Below are positions 39,587 to 53,277 of a stretch of DNA of 64,000 bases, piece by piece. Position 1 is the first letter of the stretch; each line of letters opens with the position of its first letter. Under the pieces are notes generated by a model. That model had not been told where the DNA came from. It saw only the letters and a list, made by a program, of their open reading frames with translations, and made no database searches. Source of the stretch: Spongospora subterranea f. sp. subterranea (lineage: Eukaryota); NCBI GenBank assembly GCA_049724395.1, contig JAUGWO010000001.1, positions 62,001-126,000 on the forward strand, in the 5' to 3' direction. The position numbers and the translations under genes are program-made.

Positions 39587-40796
39587 TTAAGCCCATCGGG
39601 CCAGTAATGCCATTGCTGCAGCTCCGGCATACAGCGCTAGCATATTGACTACCTTGAAGTTTCTGGTCATCAATCGGAACGCTTTATTATGGTTAATCTG
39701 TTTACGCATCAGCAAACACAATACGCCAATCCATTTGAATTCCTGTACCTCGACGGAAATAAGCTCCGTATATGTGTTATACATCAAAATTCCTGCTCTG
39801 TGCAGGAGTTTCAACCAATCGCCGTTAAATCACAAACGCTATTTAGAGCACTTACGAAAGTGAGTCGAAAATTCCTTGCACAATGATGACTGTAGATGAG
39901 TTTCCATTGTAGACGCTGTGGACCCCGATTCCAATCGCGATACCGACAGGCGTCGTTAACGGGTACATCATGCCCATGAAACCGAACTTGACGATCGAAC
40001 CCTGGCTGATGTTTGAGATCAATGCACCCAGTGCTAATCCTTCGAATAGCTGGTGGAATGCCATAGCCACAAGCAGTGTCATGAAACCGTTGAAACTGGA
40101 CGTCACCCCCAAAGTCAGGCCGATGGCAAGGGAATGAAATAAGATTCCAGCTTCTAGAATTACAAGCGATAAGAATTTTGCGTCTTCATGAAAATGTCCC
40201 TCGAGTTCGACGTCCTGCCCATTGTGTATGGCCGAAGGCGGCGGCAGGTTATTGACTGCGTTATTCAGCACCATGTCATGCTCAATGTGGTGCCCATGAT
40301 GTCCATGCCCATACGAGAACAGCTCGATCAACTGAACGAGGAACGATGCAGCGAGGGCGAAGACTCCAACGAACGCTGGCCCATATTCCGTCCAGACGCC
40401 ATCCAGACACGGGTTAGAAAATTGCTCAAACGCATCCGGCAAAAGGTGGCACCACCCCGTTGCCGCAATAACGCCAATACCGAACATTTTAAACACCTGA
40501 AGCAATGAATATTTATTTCAAAAAAAAACGACTCGATGTTGACTTACTTGAATGACCTTTTGAAAAAACGGTCTGGAAGTTGTGCCAAGCGTCAACGTTG
40601 TAAAGATTCCGATACCGGAGACCACAAGAAGGATGAAAACGGAACCGACATGCCATGCAACTGAATATTCATCAATAGGTGTCGCAGAACAGTCGATGGC
40701 CGGCGAAAGCGTGTCAGGGCTTTGTCCAAAGACAGTCGAGAAAAGAACCAACGAGGAAACGACCGCAAATAGGAGATATTTGCTTGGTGTCGCCAT
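39587..40796 (-). CDS. ZIP-family (ZRT/IRT-like) zinc/iron transporter
   Basis: FKMFGIGVIAATGWCHLLPDAF, His-rich loop HGHHGHH, LEAGILFHSLAIGLTLG, FHQLFEGLALG, TTPVGIAIGI, AGILMYNTYTEL. Confidence 0.93.
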
Positions 40797-41598
40797 AGCA
40801 AAGGGTTGAACAAACCACCCCTTTTTGCCCGGTGTAATTCAGGTGCGATCGAAATCGGGTCGATGACTGTGATCATGCTGGCCCTTTCCACAATACCACA
40901 ATGCCCCCACTTGACGATACTCTGTGACAAGACGAGGTTATGGGTCTGGAGTGGGGACTTGGGCGGAAGGACGACAAGCTACTGTAACTGCATACTTGAG
41001 GCGACCTCCCCAGTCAAGCGACTGATGCGGCGTCAGCTGAAGAGTGTGAACCAGTTAGGCGAGTTCGGGTGCAAGTGCAACACAAAACCGCGACACTGAA
41101 ACGACGATAATGTAGAGTAGGCGCGCACAGCAACGTCGCTAATTTTTCGAAAAAAATTGAATCAATTCGCGGGTGAGAATAAACAGCGATAGACGAATGA
41201 GTTTTTTGAAAAGGGTTTGAGACATAAGTGCAGGTGTCTCTACAAGATATCTGTTCAAAGCCGAGAAAGTGTGGCCCTCATAATCGTGACCTGGCCAGCG
41301 CCGCTTGGGGATGTTTCTCAGCAGCAGATACTGCCTCTTGGTTTTAGAGCCAGCAGGTTCACATATTTAGGCCTTTCATTGCACAGACACATGGATTTCA
41401 TGCCATGCACGGTCCGTTTAAGCGGAAGGTAAGTGTTTGTGACTTGAAAATGCAAATAATCGAGGCATTTGTCATTTTTTGTGAATTCAGAAGAGGACAA
41501 TAATTTACTACTGCAATGGTTGTTCTGAGGAAGTCAGTTGATAGGGAATTCGGGGCATATCGCAACTTGGCATGAATTGTATAGAAATGTATTTTAGA

Positions 41599-42207
41599 TT
41601 AATGAAGCCTGAACATGCCATCATTGGGGTGATTCCAAGCATTCCAGTCACTGAAATCGTCACGAGGTAGATCATGATGAGCGGGCACTCGTTCTGCATC
41701 GAAGTCACCATAACCGTGATGGTTTCCATGATGGTCTCCATGATGGTCTCCATGATGGTCTCCATGATGATTGTCATGAATTGGTAAGTGATGACCATCA
41801 TGCTCATGGACTCCACCAAGGTGGAACGGCTCGTGCTCGCCGTGATGCTCGTCTTCGAAGCCGCCGTGCCCATGTTCATGGCCTTCATAGCCATGGTCTG
41901 CGTGTCTGGCATGCGTGTCCGCGTCTCTATGGCGATGTTGGTCGTCGTTTTCCCCAGCGATGTCATGGCGACGAACGTGGACATGTACATCAAGGCCTTG
42001 CGATTCAGGGTCTACGTAACCATGACCATCGTGATGATCGTAATCCTCGTGGAGTCCATGGTGGCCATCATGAACGCCAAGGGGAACATCATGGTAGTTT
42101 CTTGAGTGTCCACCATGTTCGTTAAACAGCCCTTCGTGGTCGTGACCATAATCAGCATTGGCAAAAGTGGCCACCGCCAGCATGGCAATAATGAAAGCCT
42201 TATTCAT
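41599..42207 (-). CDS. Secreted His/Asp/Gly-rich protein I (singleton), intronless, 202 aa
   Basis: MNKAFIIAMLAVATFANA|DYGHDHEG...; (HHGD)n repeats; GLDVHVHVRRHD strand; TGACTCA at 42342-42348 and 42473-42479. Confidence 0.88.
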   Translation of the reverse strand: MNKAFIIAMLAVATFANADYGHDHEGLFNEHGGHSRNYHDVPLGVHDGHHGLHEDYDHHDGHGYVDPESQGLDVHVHVRRHDIAGENDDQHRHRDADTHARHADHGYEGHEHGHGGFEDEHHGEHEPFHLGGVHEHDGHHLPIHDNHHGDHHGDHHGDHHGNHHGYGDFDAERVPAHHDLPRDDFSDWNAWNHPNDGMFRLH

Positions 42208-42504
42208 TTTCCAAGACCTGCCAGAACCAGTATATAGATGTAGGATTGATAATATATTACGAGTTATGGAGGAACTTATTCGGTATGTTAAGAAGAATCC
42301 ATTGAGAGTTGATTCACGCCCTCATTGAAATCGAACCGACTTGACTCAGCGGGTGAAATTGCCTGTCTGATTTCAATACATCACATCAAGAACTTTTGGC
42401 GTTGTGAAAGGCATCATATGTCAAGCTTAGTTCATCGAGAGTTGAATCACGGCCTCTCGTTTCGCACCGGCTTGACTCAGCATTTGAACTACCCGTTTGA
42501 GGTT

Positions 42505-43443
42505 TCATACGTCACATCGACTAATTGAACGTTGTAACAGTCGGAGGTCTACGATTGCACTCGGAGGGCGCCCATCATCGGTATTATTATACATTACGTA
42601 GACGTTCTTGCCAGATCGCTTCCACTCAACAACTTGCTTCGCCAGTTTCTCCATACACTGTTCACCATAAGATCCAACATACTGGCCATTGGATCCATGT
42701 AGTCGTAGATAATAGCCCCAGTCACAACATGGCTGATAGCCTTCGAGTGTAGGGTTCCAACCGTCTTTCAAATCGCCTACCCACATCTTTACGTTTTTGA
42801 TGTGTATCGCCGCGAAGCAAAAATTACACGACCTCATCGCATCATAAATTTCTTGGCAATACCAAGACGCATGTCTGAATTCAAAGACATAGCGACCATC
42901 TCTGGGCAGAATGGCTCTGAGAGCATATAGCTTGTCAACTGAGTACGTGAGCTTGGGCGGAAGCTGAAACAAAATGGGCCCAAGATGATCACCGAGTTGT
43001 TTACAGCCTTGCTCATAGAAATAATGCCACCTTTCGGCGAAATTGTCATCGACGTTGAGTTGCCTCCAATGGGTGAAGTACTGGTTAGCTTTGACCACGT
43101 ACGTGAATGAAGGTCGCGGCGACGAATCATGGCACCATTTTTTCCAGGTTGATAGTTTCGGGATACGATAAAAAGTCGAGTTCAATTCGACGGAATCGAA
43201 CTCAGCAGAATAGAATTTGAAGAGGTCCACACCTCGAGGATAAAACACGCCCTTTTTCCAATGATCATAGCAATACCCACTGGTTCCCAAATAAAATTCC
43301 TTTTGATGACAAACTTTCCGTTTCTTCTGGAACTGTATTGGCTCTTCATCGGAACTATATGATGCTGTGACACTAATATTCTTCTTAGCCAGTGCTTTGG
43401 ACGAAACTGTAGAACCCGACATGATGGCCGCGTGCTTATGCAT
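42505..43443 (-). CDS. DUF72 (YecE-like) protein, intronless
   Basis: YLGTSGYCYDHWK...FYP, VELNSTFYRIP, VKANQYFTH, LGPILFQLPP, FEFRHASW, YYLRLHG, YVMYNN. Confidence 0.9.
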   Translation of the reverse strand: MHKHAAIMSGSTVSSKALAKKNISVTASYSSDEEPIQFQKKRKVCHQKEFYLGTSGYCYDHWKKGVFYPRGVDLFKFYSAEFDSVELNSTFYRIPKLSTWKKWCHDSSPRPSFTYVVKANQYFTHWRQLNVDDNFAERWHYFYEQGCKQLGDHLGPILFQLPPKLTYSVDKLYALRAILPRDGRYVFEFRHASWYCQEIYDAMRSCNFCFAAIHIKNVKMWVGDLKDGWNPTLEGYQPCCDWGYYLRLHGSNGQYVGSYGEQCMEKLAKQVVEWKRSGKNVYVMYNNTDDGRPPSAIVDLRLLQRSISRCDV

Positions 43444-43646
43444 CGATCGCAGCTCCTAATAATTGATTGGCAGATAATGGTTCGGGGATTCCTGCCTTCC
43501 TCGAGTCGAGGTCCCTGATTCCACAGAATGTTGCCCTGTCGAATTGCAGCATTTTCTGGTTGTCGATTCAAATCTGCTGCGAGCATATCTCTGTGGTGAT
43601 TAAAACATCGATAATGGTGTTTTTTTATTCAAATGATAAACGAAAT

Positions 43647-43885
43647 GTATCATAAGATGACTAGGCACGTCCTCTTCTCAGTATTATAACAGCACCGATT
43701 CAGTGATGATCTCATTCAAATGATAGACCAGTCGTGGGAGTATCATAAATGACTAGGCATGTCTTGTTGACAGTATCGTAACAGCACCGATTCAGTGATG
43801 ATCTCATTTAAATGATATGCCAGTTGTAGGAGTATCATAATGACTAGGCATGTCCTATTCACAGTATTGGAACAGCACTGATGCA
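43647..43885. repeat. ~92-bp degenerate tandem repeat, ~2.6 copies
   Basis: gtatcata(a)atgactaggca...aacagcac(c/t)gat unit starting near 43647, 43740 and 43832. Confidence 0.8.
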
Positions 43886-44537
43886 ATGTTGACCTTCTTT
43901 GAGATACCGACACAAACAGCACGATCAGTTGAGGTGCGTCGGTTGCATTGTGGAAAGGGTGTCGTGATCAAAGGAAGCTGTGTTCGGGGCGAAGCGGGTT
44001 AGATTAAGTGGAAATAAGGTGGCTAACTTAGGTTCGTCAGTGGTCTAGAGTCAGATTTGGCTAATGCGAATCTGCTCAAAGGCTGTACGCTCGCCAAAAT
44101 ACCAATGACGAACTCTTTCCCAAAGTAGAAGAGCACGTTTCCTACACTTCATCATGCCCGCTTCGCGCAGAACCTTGGAGCCCAAGTGCCTTCCTTTGAA
44201 CACAGCATCCTTTCTACAAAAGAAGCACAAGTGGTGCTTGTCGTTAATGATTGAGCATGATGACAAAATCACAATAGAAGCAGCAGTTGTGCTCAGCGAC
44301 CAGCTCATCGAACAGCATGATAGATCAACTTGTGTGGTGCTGAGAACAGTGCGGTTATTCAATGAAAGACAATAGGGAGGGCAGATACGCTGAGGTCATG
44401 ACGGCTGACGTAGGCGACCAGACGATATTTGTGGGTACTGATCGGATATTATTCTGATCCTGATCTGAAGTAGATCATAAACTTCCGAATTGGTCGTCTC
44501 GCCGCCGCCTCGGCGTGGTTTCCCATTTTGCTAGAGC

Positions 44538-47500
44538 ATGGGAAACGAGATTAGCGGAGATGCTAAAATTGTTATAAAAAAAGTGATGGATCTTAGAAGA
44601 GATCATACGAATTGGAAAAGGTTTACCAGTCAGTAATATATCGAACTTCTCGTGCTAAGTTGAAGGTTTAGCGTTATCGAAGAATTTAATACTGTCGTTC
44701 CCGCTGATTATTCTGCCAAAAAATTCGAGGATAAGAGGATAGTTGATTTGGTGCTGCAGCTCCTGGCGACACAGTTAAAAGATAATCCCAATGATCAACG
44801 CGGCATCACGAACCTTCTGGAGGCTTCTCGTCGATTATTGAGGTTTAAAGGACTTTATAAAATGTTAGGAAAGTGCAACGTTTGGCCATGGATTCAAGCG
44901 TTGCAGCACAACCATCCCGAGGTATTGTTTGCGGTTGCTTGTAGAATCTGTCATACCTGAAATGTCAAATTTAGATCGCGGAGTCGGCGCTGGTTGTGAT
45001 GAGGAACTTTATAGAATATACTGGCTTAGAAACAAAAGAAGACAAAAAAATACTGATGGAATCGCAAGCTCGTGATTTGCTATTTCAATCGAAGGGACTT
45101 TTTTCCCTTGTTGATCTACTTCAACGATACGCTGGCACTCAAATGTGGAGTATCATAGCTGGAACTTTGAGAATTTTCTCTATTCTTCTTCTCACGTCTC
45201 CAAAGTCTACTCCAGCTGATGCTGTAGGTCCCATCGTGGGTGCGCTACATCAGATGATCGGGAAATTACTGGAAATGTCGTACGACCCAAATCCAGATGT
45301 ATGCTACTTTGGCATTTTAACGGTGTGTAATGAGTCTGATTCCCCGTCTCTCAATATTAAGGACCCGGGCCTAGGTTCAAGCCGTCATCTTGCACTCAGA
45401 TTCCAAATCCACAAAAAACATCCAGAATCTAGCATTGTCAAATGGTTGCTTATTGAGGCATTTCTACCTCTCAGTAAATGGTGAACAGACATTGCAAGAA
45501 AAGCAACAAATAGGGGCAAATGCGAAAGCGATTGTTTTGGAAAGCCGGAATCTTATAGGGCTGCTAACTGATGGTCATACAAAAGCCACAGACACTCTAC
45601 AGCGATGTTTACCAAATCATCTATTGAAGCGTCTATGGGAAAACCACCCTTTCCCCAAGGTCTTCACATTTGCCAAAATTCGGGCGTCGGTGTCGTCGAG
45701 TGATACGACATGGCAACGGTACATGAAGGGTAAGCAGATACTGTGAATCAGAATCAAATCAGTTAATTCTTGGTACATAGGCTCCCATCGTGCTAACTGG
45801 ATTGCCGTCTTCGTTGAGCTGGACAAGGAACATAATCTACCGCATTTAATCTGGAACGATACAACTCGGCACGAACTCTTGGACACACTCAATTTGGAAG
45901 TGCTTGAGCTCGAGCATCAGAAGAAACGAAATCCAGCAGCAGAATGGGATTTTGAAGGGTTTGAGCCTCATTATGCAAGTGTTGAGGCCGAACTTCAAGT
46001 CCATGGGTACTATCTGAAGGGGTTGATAGCGACTCTGATCGACTCTTCTTCCACCTATGAAATCAATCAAAAAGACCTTGTGGCATTGATCAATCATCTA
46101 TACAATCATGCTGTAATATGTTTATCCTGACGCACTCGTAGACAAAGGATTGACGTGGCAATTTTATGTATGTTAGGTCATTGAAGACAAACCAGTTTGG
46201 AAATGGGCATGCATTCGGGCGATGTCAGCACTTTATAAAAGATATTCCCAGGTATCAGCTGTGCGTTGCTGATATCCATGCGATTTATTTTTCTTCAGGT
46301 TCTTTTGGATTTCGAACCCCTTGCCTATTTTGTTTGGTTGATGTCCCCCAAGCATACGCGGCCGTTGTGGTATGTGCCTGTTTCATCAAAAAGGCTTGTC
46401 GTGTTTTATGGATTTTTTTGAAATTAGGAGAGATGAGATATTGGTATTTTTTCAAGATTTACTCCAACATCAGCCGAATGCCCGACGGTTCATGCAAGCT
46501 GATGGTGTTAAATTCTTAGTCACCTACATGTCGCAAGCTCACAATGGCCCAGAAAAGTTTCTTCAGGTACTGCGAAACTTCTGCATGTAAAAAATGTTCT
46601 TGAACCCGCTTAGGGCCGCCAAATGTCTCTGGAACCGCTTTACGCTGTTCCAATGACGTTCAATTCATCGTACACTCCTAGCACTCCAACTATACATGAA
46701 GGCCCGGATCGCGAAAAAGAACAAGATTCGGATGAGTTCGGACTACTCCCAGTGCCACTCACCAACGGCCAGTTGGCCGATCTGTGCATCGACCTTTTGA
46801 AGCTGCTCTTGAACCGCGTCCCTCGCTTGTGCAAATCGATCACCAAAACGCCAGAGTTCCAGCATATTTTACAGTTTCTATTGTCTTCCAACCACGAACA
46901 GTCGAACAAAATTTTACCTGTAATTACACAGGTCAGTTGGCCTTGAAACAATGGTTTCAACCAAATGTCTGACTGATATATTCTTTTTTAAAGCTCTCTC
47001 TCAGTTCAGTGTCGGCGCAGTCGACGTTAGCTCAAAGGGGCGCGTTTTAGGTTCACGTTTTACGCCATGGATGATCAGTCCGACATTGCTGCTATACAAC
47101 TTCTCCATATGTTTCACATGAAACAGGTTAATGTTTTTGGATTTTGTCGCGGCCGACGATAATTTTGTTTTAGTCAGAAGAAACCGTTCAGTTCGGAAAG
47201 AGTGCGCTGCACTCTTTTCTTCCGTTCCCGATGATTCGATACTTGCAACTGCAAAGGTGGGAAATCTCACGAAACTTTGTTCGATTTGATGCTAATTGAT
47301 CTCCAGCCCCGAGAGGTTTCAAGAGGTTTTTGATGGCGATGTTAATCAACCAGACCTGATCTGGAATAAATCCCTTCGCACGCGTCTGGTTGAAACCGTG
47401 AGGAACGATATGCGTGAGTTTGTCGACGTGCTAAGGGATCGACCGATGACACTCTATTCGCATTCTGAACCTACCACAATTATATACCCGGAATTAATTG

Positions 47501-50500
47501 ACGAGGTTGTCTAATATGTCCAAATGTTGCTTGCTTTTTGTAATCAAGCATTTGTAGGTCTGCTGTGGAGGTATATATTTGAGAAATTTCGTAGCCAATC
47601 CCTCCTTCAATGTTCCAGACCCGTCATTTATGATGAATGGATTCGTCGACGCGATAAAATTTGGCCTCAAAAATCTGGATTTGGAACTTCTGATTCAATC
47701 ACAAATCATTGCCGTCGAGAGGTATCCTGACCTACCGGATTGCGGGTCATATCCTGTTTTTGTCGAACTTCTTCAGATCATGACTCGTGATATACGTGAA
47801 GTGCGAAATATATGCATTTGTAAAATTAAGCTGATAAACTTTCAGGACTTAGATTTACGTCTTGTAGACAAATCAGCTGATCTTCTCCATCGGCTTCTAT
47901 CAATTCCGAACAGCGAAAACATTAGCATCTGTTTAGCCAATGACGGGTTCGGTAAGATGTTGTGGTAAAGGCAACGGAATCTTCTTGATTTTTTTTTTTA
48001 GTGGCGTCGTCGCAGAGTTTGCTGAACATTGTGCAACTCGATTCTTCGGATAAAAGGACGGAACCATCGATTCAGAAGTTGATTCGGATCATGAATATTT
48101 TGTCGTTTGCAAATGAAGAGGTACGTTTTCGCATCAAAACGCCTCGGGATCTTTGCTTATGTCGTTCATCTATTAGGCCTTCTTGACGATGCATGAAAAC
48201 CCTCAGGTTGTGATTGAGCTCGTCTCGCTAATATCAAATCAATACGCCATCGACCATCCCGGCGTCGCTGTAGAGGCATTGCGTCTTTTCAACATTCTCG
48301 CAGAATCGGCAGTGACTTGTCGCGATCTTCTGACCAGGTATGATGAATTGTTACTGTTCATCGCTGCACGCATCTCAAGCATTACCTTAGTGGTGCCATT
48401 CTTTCCATAATCAATATATCAATGTTTTTCGATGAACAATCTGATCTTGCCAGAGAAGCTGCACTGGCACTAACTGCACTTTCTGGCGTGAAAGCTACAA
48501 GAGAAACCGGCGATGATGACATCAGGTCGAAATTGATTTGTCTTCCAAACCATTTTTGCTCACCGACGGTGGTGAACTAGGTTTGTCTTGCAATATCTGC
48601 TAACCCCTGGTCTATTGGCTCGCCTTGGAAAGTCAGATCGTTTTGTTAAAGAATGTCGTTCTACATTTTACAATCCGTGTTTGATATGGGGGAGCAGAGC
48701 AAAGGAACGAACTGCAAACGTTTATTTTGGCGCAAATGGCGCTTATTGAGAAAGAGCGCATGTGGAACAACTACAAAGATAAACTGCAATCTTTTCATTT
48801 CTCCAGCATCGCTTCTGAAATCCAAGTCAGTGATGTCTTCCTAAAGCTATACAATCAGCAAGAGGTAACATCCGTCGGAATGTGCTGTCAAATCCGTTAG
48901 TTTACAGACTATTCTTGGACTCATAGGATTATTCTATCCCCAATGATCCTGTCGAGTTTTTGTCAGCGTTAGTTGAACATTTGCGAACAGTTGCCATGAG
49001 CTTGCAATCCGCTTCTGCCGAAAATCTTGAGAGCATTATTGGAAATGTTGAAATTACGGCGATTTCCGCCAGACGACTACAAAAAGACACACAATCGCTC
49101 TGTAAATCTCCAGCTCAGGATTCTCTTGTATTTATCCCCCACTATTCGCAAATATCATGCAATTATTTAAACGTGTATAGGTGGCGTTGATCAGTAACTT
49201 ATTCGATACCTTACATCCGTATATCATTCATGCTTGTGTTCTTGTTCTGGATGTGCTCTCGAAAGCGCCCACCAGTTTTGCTATTACGACGCAATATGCG
49301 TTCGTTCTTCACCGAGTCGTCAACTTCAAAAGACCCTCTATCAACGCAGTATGAAGACTTGCTTCGTGATCAACCTGATCTTTGATCTGTCTGCTAATCT
49401 ACAGATGCCGGATCTGGAAATGACTCTACGTCTTTTACACCATCTATGCTGCAAAGACCCGGAAATTGTTGATGCGTTTTTTGATGATGGGTTTATCATC
49501 ACTCTTATGTAAATTCCACGGTGCTGTACACGGTTTTCAGATAGGCTAAACATTTTTTCGCCAGGAATATTTTATGCGATATTACCAAAGAAGCTGCCGA
49601 ATCAAGGATCATTACAGCTCAGATAATGGGTACACTAGTTTCAGATTCTCGAAAGGGCGAAGCATACATGGATATGTTCTCGCATCTTCTCGCACCTACA
49701 TTCCGAGATTTTCTTTCCGAGGCAGTTCGACAGCCAACGGCGCTTATCAGCTTCTATGATGAGGTAGTGGTGGTTCAATATGGAAACGCCAAATCATAAT
49801 GGCGACCTTAGGATCACGACACGCCTATTGTATTTTGGAAAGATGAATGCCGGCAAGATCTGGTTGTATTTGTGAAGCAAGAGCTACAGGGCCTGGTTGC
49901 CCATCAAAAGGTTCTTGATGAGTATTAATTACTTCCTGCCGAATCTGAGTATCGTATTAGGATGCTCTTGAATACGGTGTTGGCGCTGCACCATACCAAT
50001 GGGATTGGGCAACTATCCACGAACGGTTCAACCAGAAGACTCTTGGCGCTGAAATTTACATTGATGGCATATACATCAATGCGTTCAATGCTAATCCGTA
50101 CTTCCAAGTTAAACCGGATCGGTATTCTCCATTCGTTCAATTGAATTGGATAAATGGTTGATTTCTTCACAGTTTTTTTTTGAAACTGGTCGAAGCGTTA
50201 TACGGAGTGTTTCACGAGTATGAGACATTTCGAGATGAAAACCAAACCGAATGGGTGAAGACTTCCATCAAGAATCTTCTGGTAATTTGATTCTCAAATT
50301 TCTTTTGCTGCGACTGAAATATCAATTTCATTCTATTCTAGGCGCTTTGGGAAGCGGTTCTCAATCTCCTCACAAATCTACCTCACCTTCAGGACCGCTG
50401 CGTTGATTATCTTGACTACATATTCGGATACTTTCATCCTAGCGTGGATACTGTTTTGCAAAAGGTTGAATCGCGATGCTAGTTATTGCAAACGGGCTTA

Positions 50501-51307
50501 CAGTTTCAAATAGGTTGCATTAAAAATCGCATGCATTTTGGCCACGAACACACTTTGTGCGGAGAACATTGCCAAATTTCGCCTTGTGAAGAACGTTATG
50601 CCTCTTCTAGAAACGCTTAGAAAGGAGGATTGTATCCATCAAGTGCTGTCATTTTTACTTGACGTAATTAGGCGATCTTCTCCCGTCGTGGCACAGATAA
50701 AGTCTACAGGCGGAGTGATTATGCTTCTGAACGTCATTTTAGGTATCCAGGATTTTTATGGTGCTCCCTTGTTTTTTTAATTCAGTTCAATATAGATAAG
50801 ACAATAAAACAAGATGACAGAGAAAATGCTGCAATGATCGTCAGCGCAATGGTTCAGGACAACGTCTTCGGGGTTGTTATTGCCAGTTATGTTGTGCTAA
50901 TCCTAACGGACAAATTCAAGACAATTTTCCAATCACGCCCCTCTAAGTTCATCGAGTTCATTGACAGTGACCATACCAGTTCCGCTGATAATAGAGTCTG
51001 GAATTCCAAAACACGAACGGCTGTTACTGATATTCTCAAATCCCAGGTAATCTGCAATATATTTCCGAATTAGACAAACTTTCTAACAACTTGTTATCGG
51101 TAGAGCGGTGATTTGTCAACAGCCATGTGGTTTTGGGATGGTGTTTGTGATGTATGGGATATTTCGCAGCTGTCGGTTGTGTGGGCTGACATCCCGAAGA
51201 GCTCGCCCGTAGAACAAGAAGCTGTTCCTGATGCAAGCAATGCTAATGACGTTAAAGCTGCTGACGACGCCGCATCAATGATCAGCATGAAAGAGGAACT
51301 GGGATAA
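44538..51307 (+). CDS. RME-8/DNAJC13-like ARM-type protein with IWN repeats, many exons
   Basis: HNLPHLIWNDTTRHELL...WDFEGFEPHYASVEAELQVHGYYL; PDLIWNKSLR...IIYPELIDEVCCGGIYLRN; NPCLIWG; TPIVFWKDECR; RVWNSKTR. Starts MGNEIS. Confidence 0.75.
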
Positions 51308-51402
51308 TTCAACTTTTGTATAAAAAATCAACGTTTTCCTCTCTATTTAAACATCAACCTTGTAAATTCGAGTTTGCTCTACATTCAAGGGATTGCACTG
51401 GA

Positions 51403-52364
51403 TTACTCTTCTTCTAATATTCGGGTAGTTTCTTCTGCTAGGTCAACTTTCAGCAACCGCACAGTTCCCAGTGTACGTTCTGATTAAGACAGATTATAAC
51501 GTGACGTGATCTGTCAATAACTGATAACAAATTACCGGGTAACTCGGCAGCTGTTGCCCCTTCCAGAGCGAACGCTAATTCTACAACCAGTTTCGATGCA
51601 GCGCTTTCAATGTATCCAAGAATGAATTTGGTTACTCGACTTGAGAAAACATTGACGTTAACTTCAACCTGAAATGAGGATAAAAACGACTGATTGCCAC
51701 GGAAGAGAAGATCACATACTAGGCCTGGTGCCCGGTGAAAAGCACATGTTATCTTGTTCGCAATGATAGTTGGGCGGTTTAGATTCACACCAGGAACGCT
51801 GAAATTTTCAATCCTTGGAATCAGCTTTAACCGCTGTGCGCAACTCTCATCTGTCCACCCTCCGTTCTCAGCATTTGTAAAAAACTGATTCAGCAATGCC
51901 CCAGCTTCTGTGAGTTCATTTGCTGGCCGATCCGTCTCGACGAAAGTCAAAACCAGATATCGGGGATGCATTTGAAACGTGACGACGAAAATTCGCCTTT
52001 CATCTTTACCTGATTGTGCAAATTGATCATGAGACAGAACACATAAGCAAGATTCAACTAAATCTGTACATTGTTCACGAAGATATCGTGCATATGAATC
52101 TGGCTTGGTTGACATATTATCAATTCTTTCCCCGCTTTTGCCGGAAGGAGCCAGGAGTACATCAGCATCAACGAGCTTCAACAATGGACAACCAGACTCT
52201 ATTTTGACTTTATCTTCAACGTAGGTTTTCGACCTAACATCGAAGGGCTTGGACGCCTCTGACCATGTATGCGCTTCCGCTGCTGAGCCGGTCCCACAAG
52301 GGAACATGCGCTTGGGGGCCTTCGCCGTTGGGACAAACGAAATTGGGGCATTAGCATCGCCCAT
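51403..52364 (-). CDS. EDR2 C-terminal domain (DUF1336) protein, 4 exons
   Basis: WSEASKPFDVRSKTYVEDKVKI, RLKLIPRI, LVVELAFALEGATAAELPERTLGTVRL. Confidence 0.85.
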
Positions 52365-52509
52365 GACTAAGAAGAAGAATTGATACGGCAGCCCAAAGCC
52401 TGACGAAACAGGGGTTGTGCGGCCAACAACGCCCCGATTGCACTTAGGAGAACCGATGTTAAACCGTCTCTTGTAATGTCTCAAAGGGGCACTTTACATA
52501 GGTAATCTG

Positions 52510-53277
52510 TAGATACACCGACACTTCACAATCGCACTCTGTAGATACACCACACTGCACACACACACTCGTAGGGACACACTGGTACACCGAACTGCAC
52601 ACACAACCGATGGGACACACTCAATTCATCGGTCAAACACACCAAACAATCGTGGTAGTGACAATATAGGGACACTTGGTTAGATACACCGCACAGCAAC
52701 ACACTGGTACTGTACACACTTACAGCGAACTGCACAGTGCACACGCAACCAATGGACCACACTCAATTCATCGGTCAAACACACCAAACAATCGTGGTAG
52801 GGACACTGTAGGGACACTTGGTTAGATACACCGCACAGCAACACACTGGTACTGTACACACTTACAGCGAACTGCACAGTGCACACGCAACCAATGGACC
52901 ACACTCAATTCATCGGTCAAACACACCAAACAATCGTGGTAGGGACACTGTAGGGACACTTGGTTAGATACACCGCACAGCAACACACTGGTACTGTACA
53001 CACTTACAGCGAACTGCACAGTGCACACGCAACCAATGGACCACACTCAATTCATCGGTCAAACACACCAAACAATCGTGGTAGGGACACTGTAGGAGTA
53101 GGGACACTCGGTTAGATACACCGCACAGCAACACACACACTGGTACTGTACACACTTACAGCGAACTGCACAGTGCACACGCAACCAATGGACCACACTC
53201 AATTCATCGGTCAAACACACCACACAATCGTGGTAGGAGCACAGTAGGGACACTCGGTATGTACACCGCACTGCACA
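52510..53277. repeat. 142-bp tandem repeat (CA-rich), ~5 copies
   Basis: Identical units give identical ORF translations offset by 142 bp (starts 52762, 52904, 53046). Confidence 0.92.
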
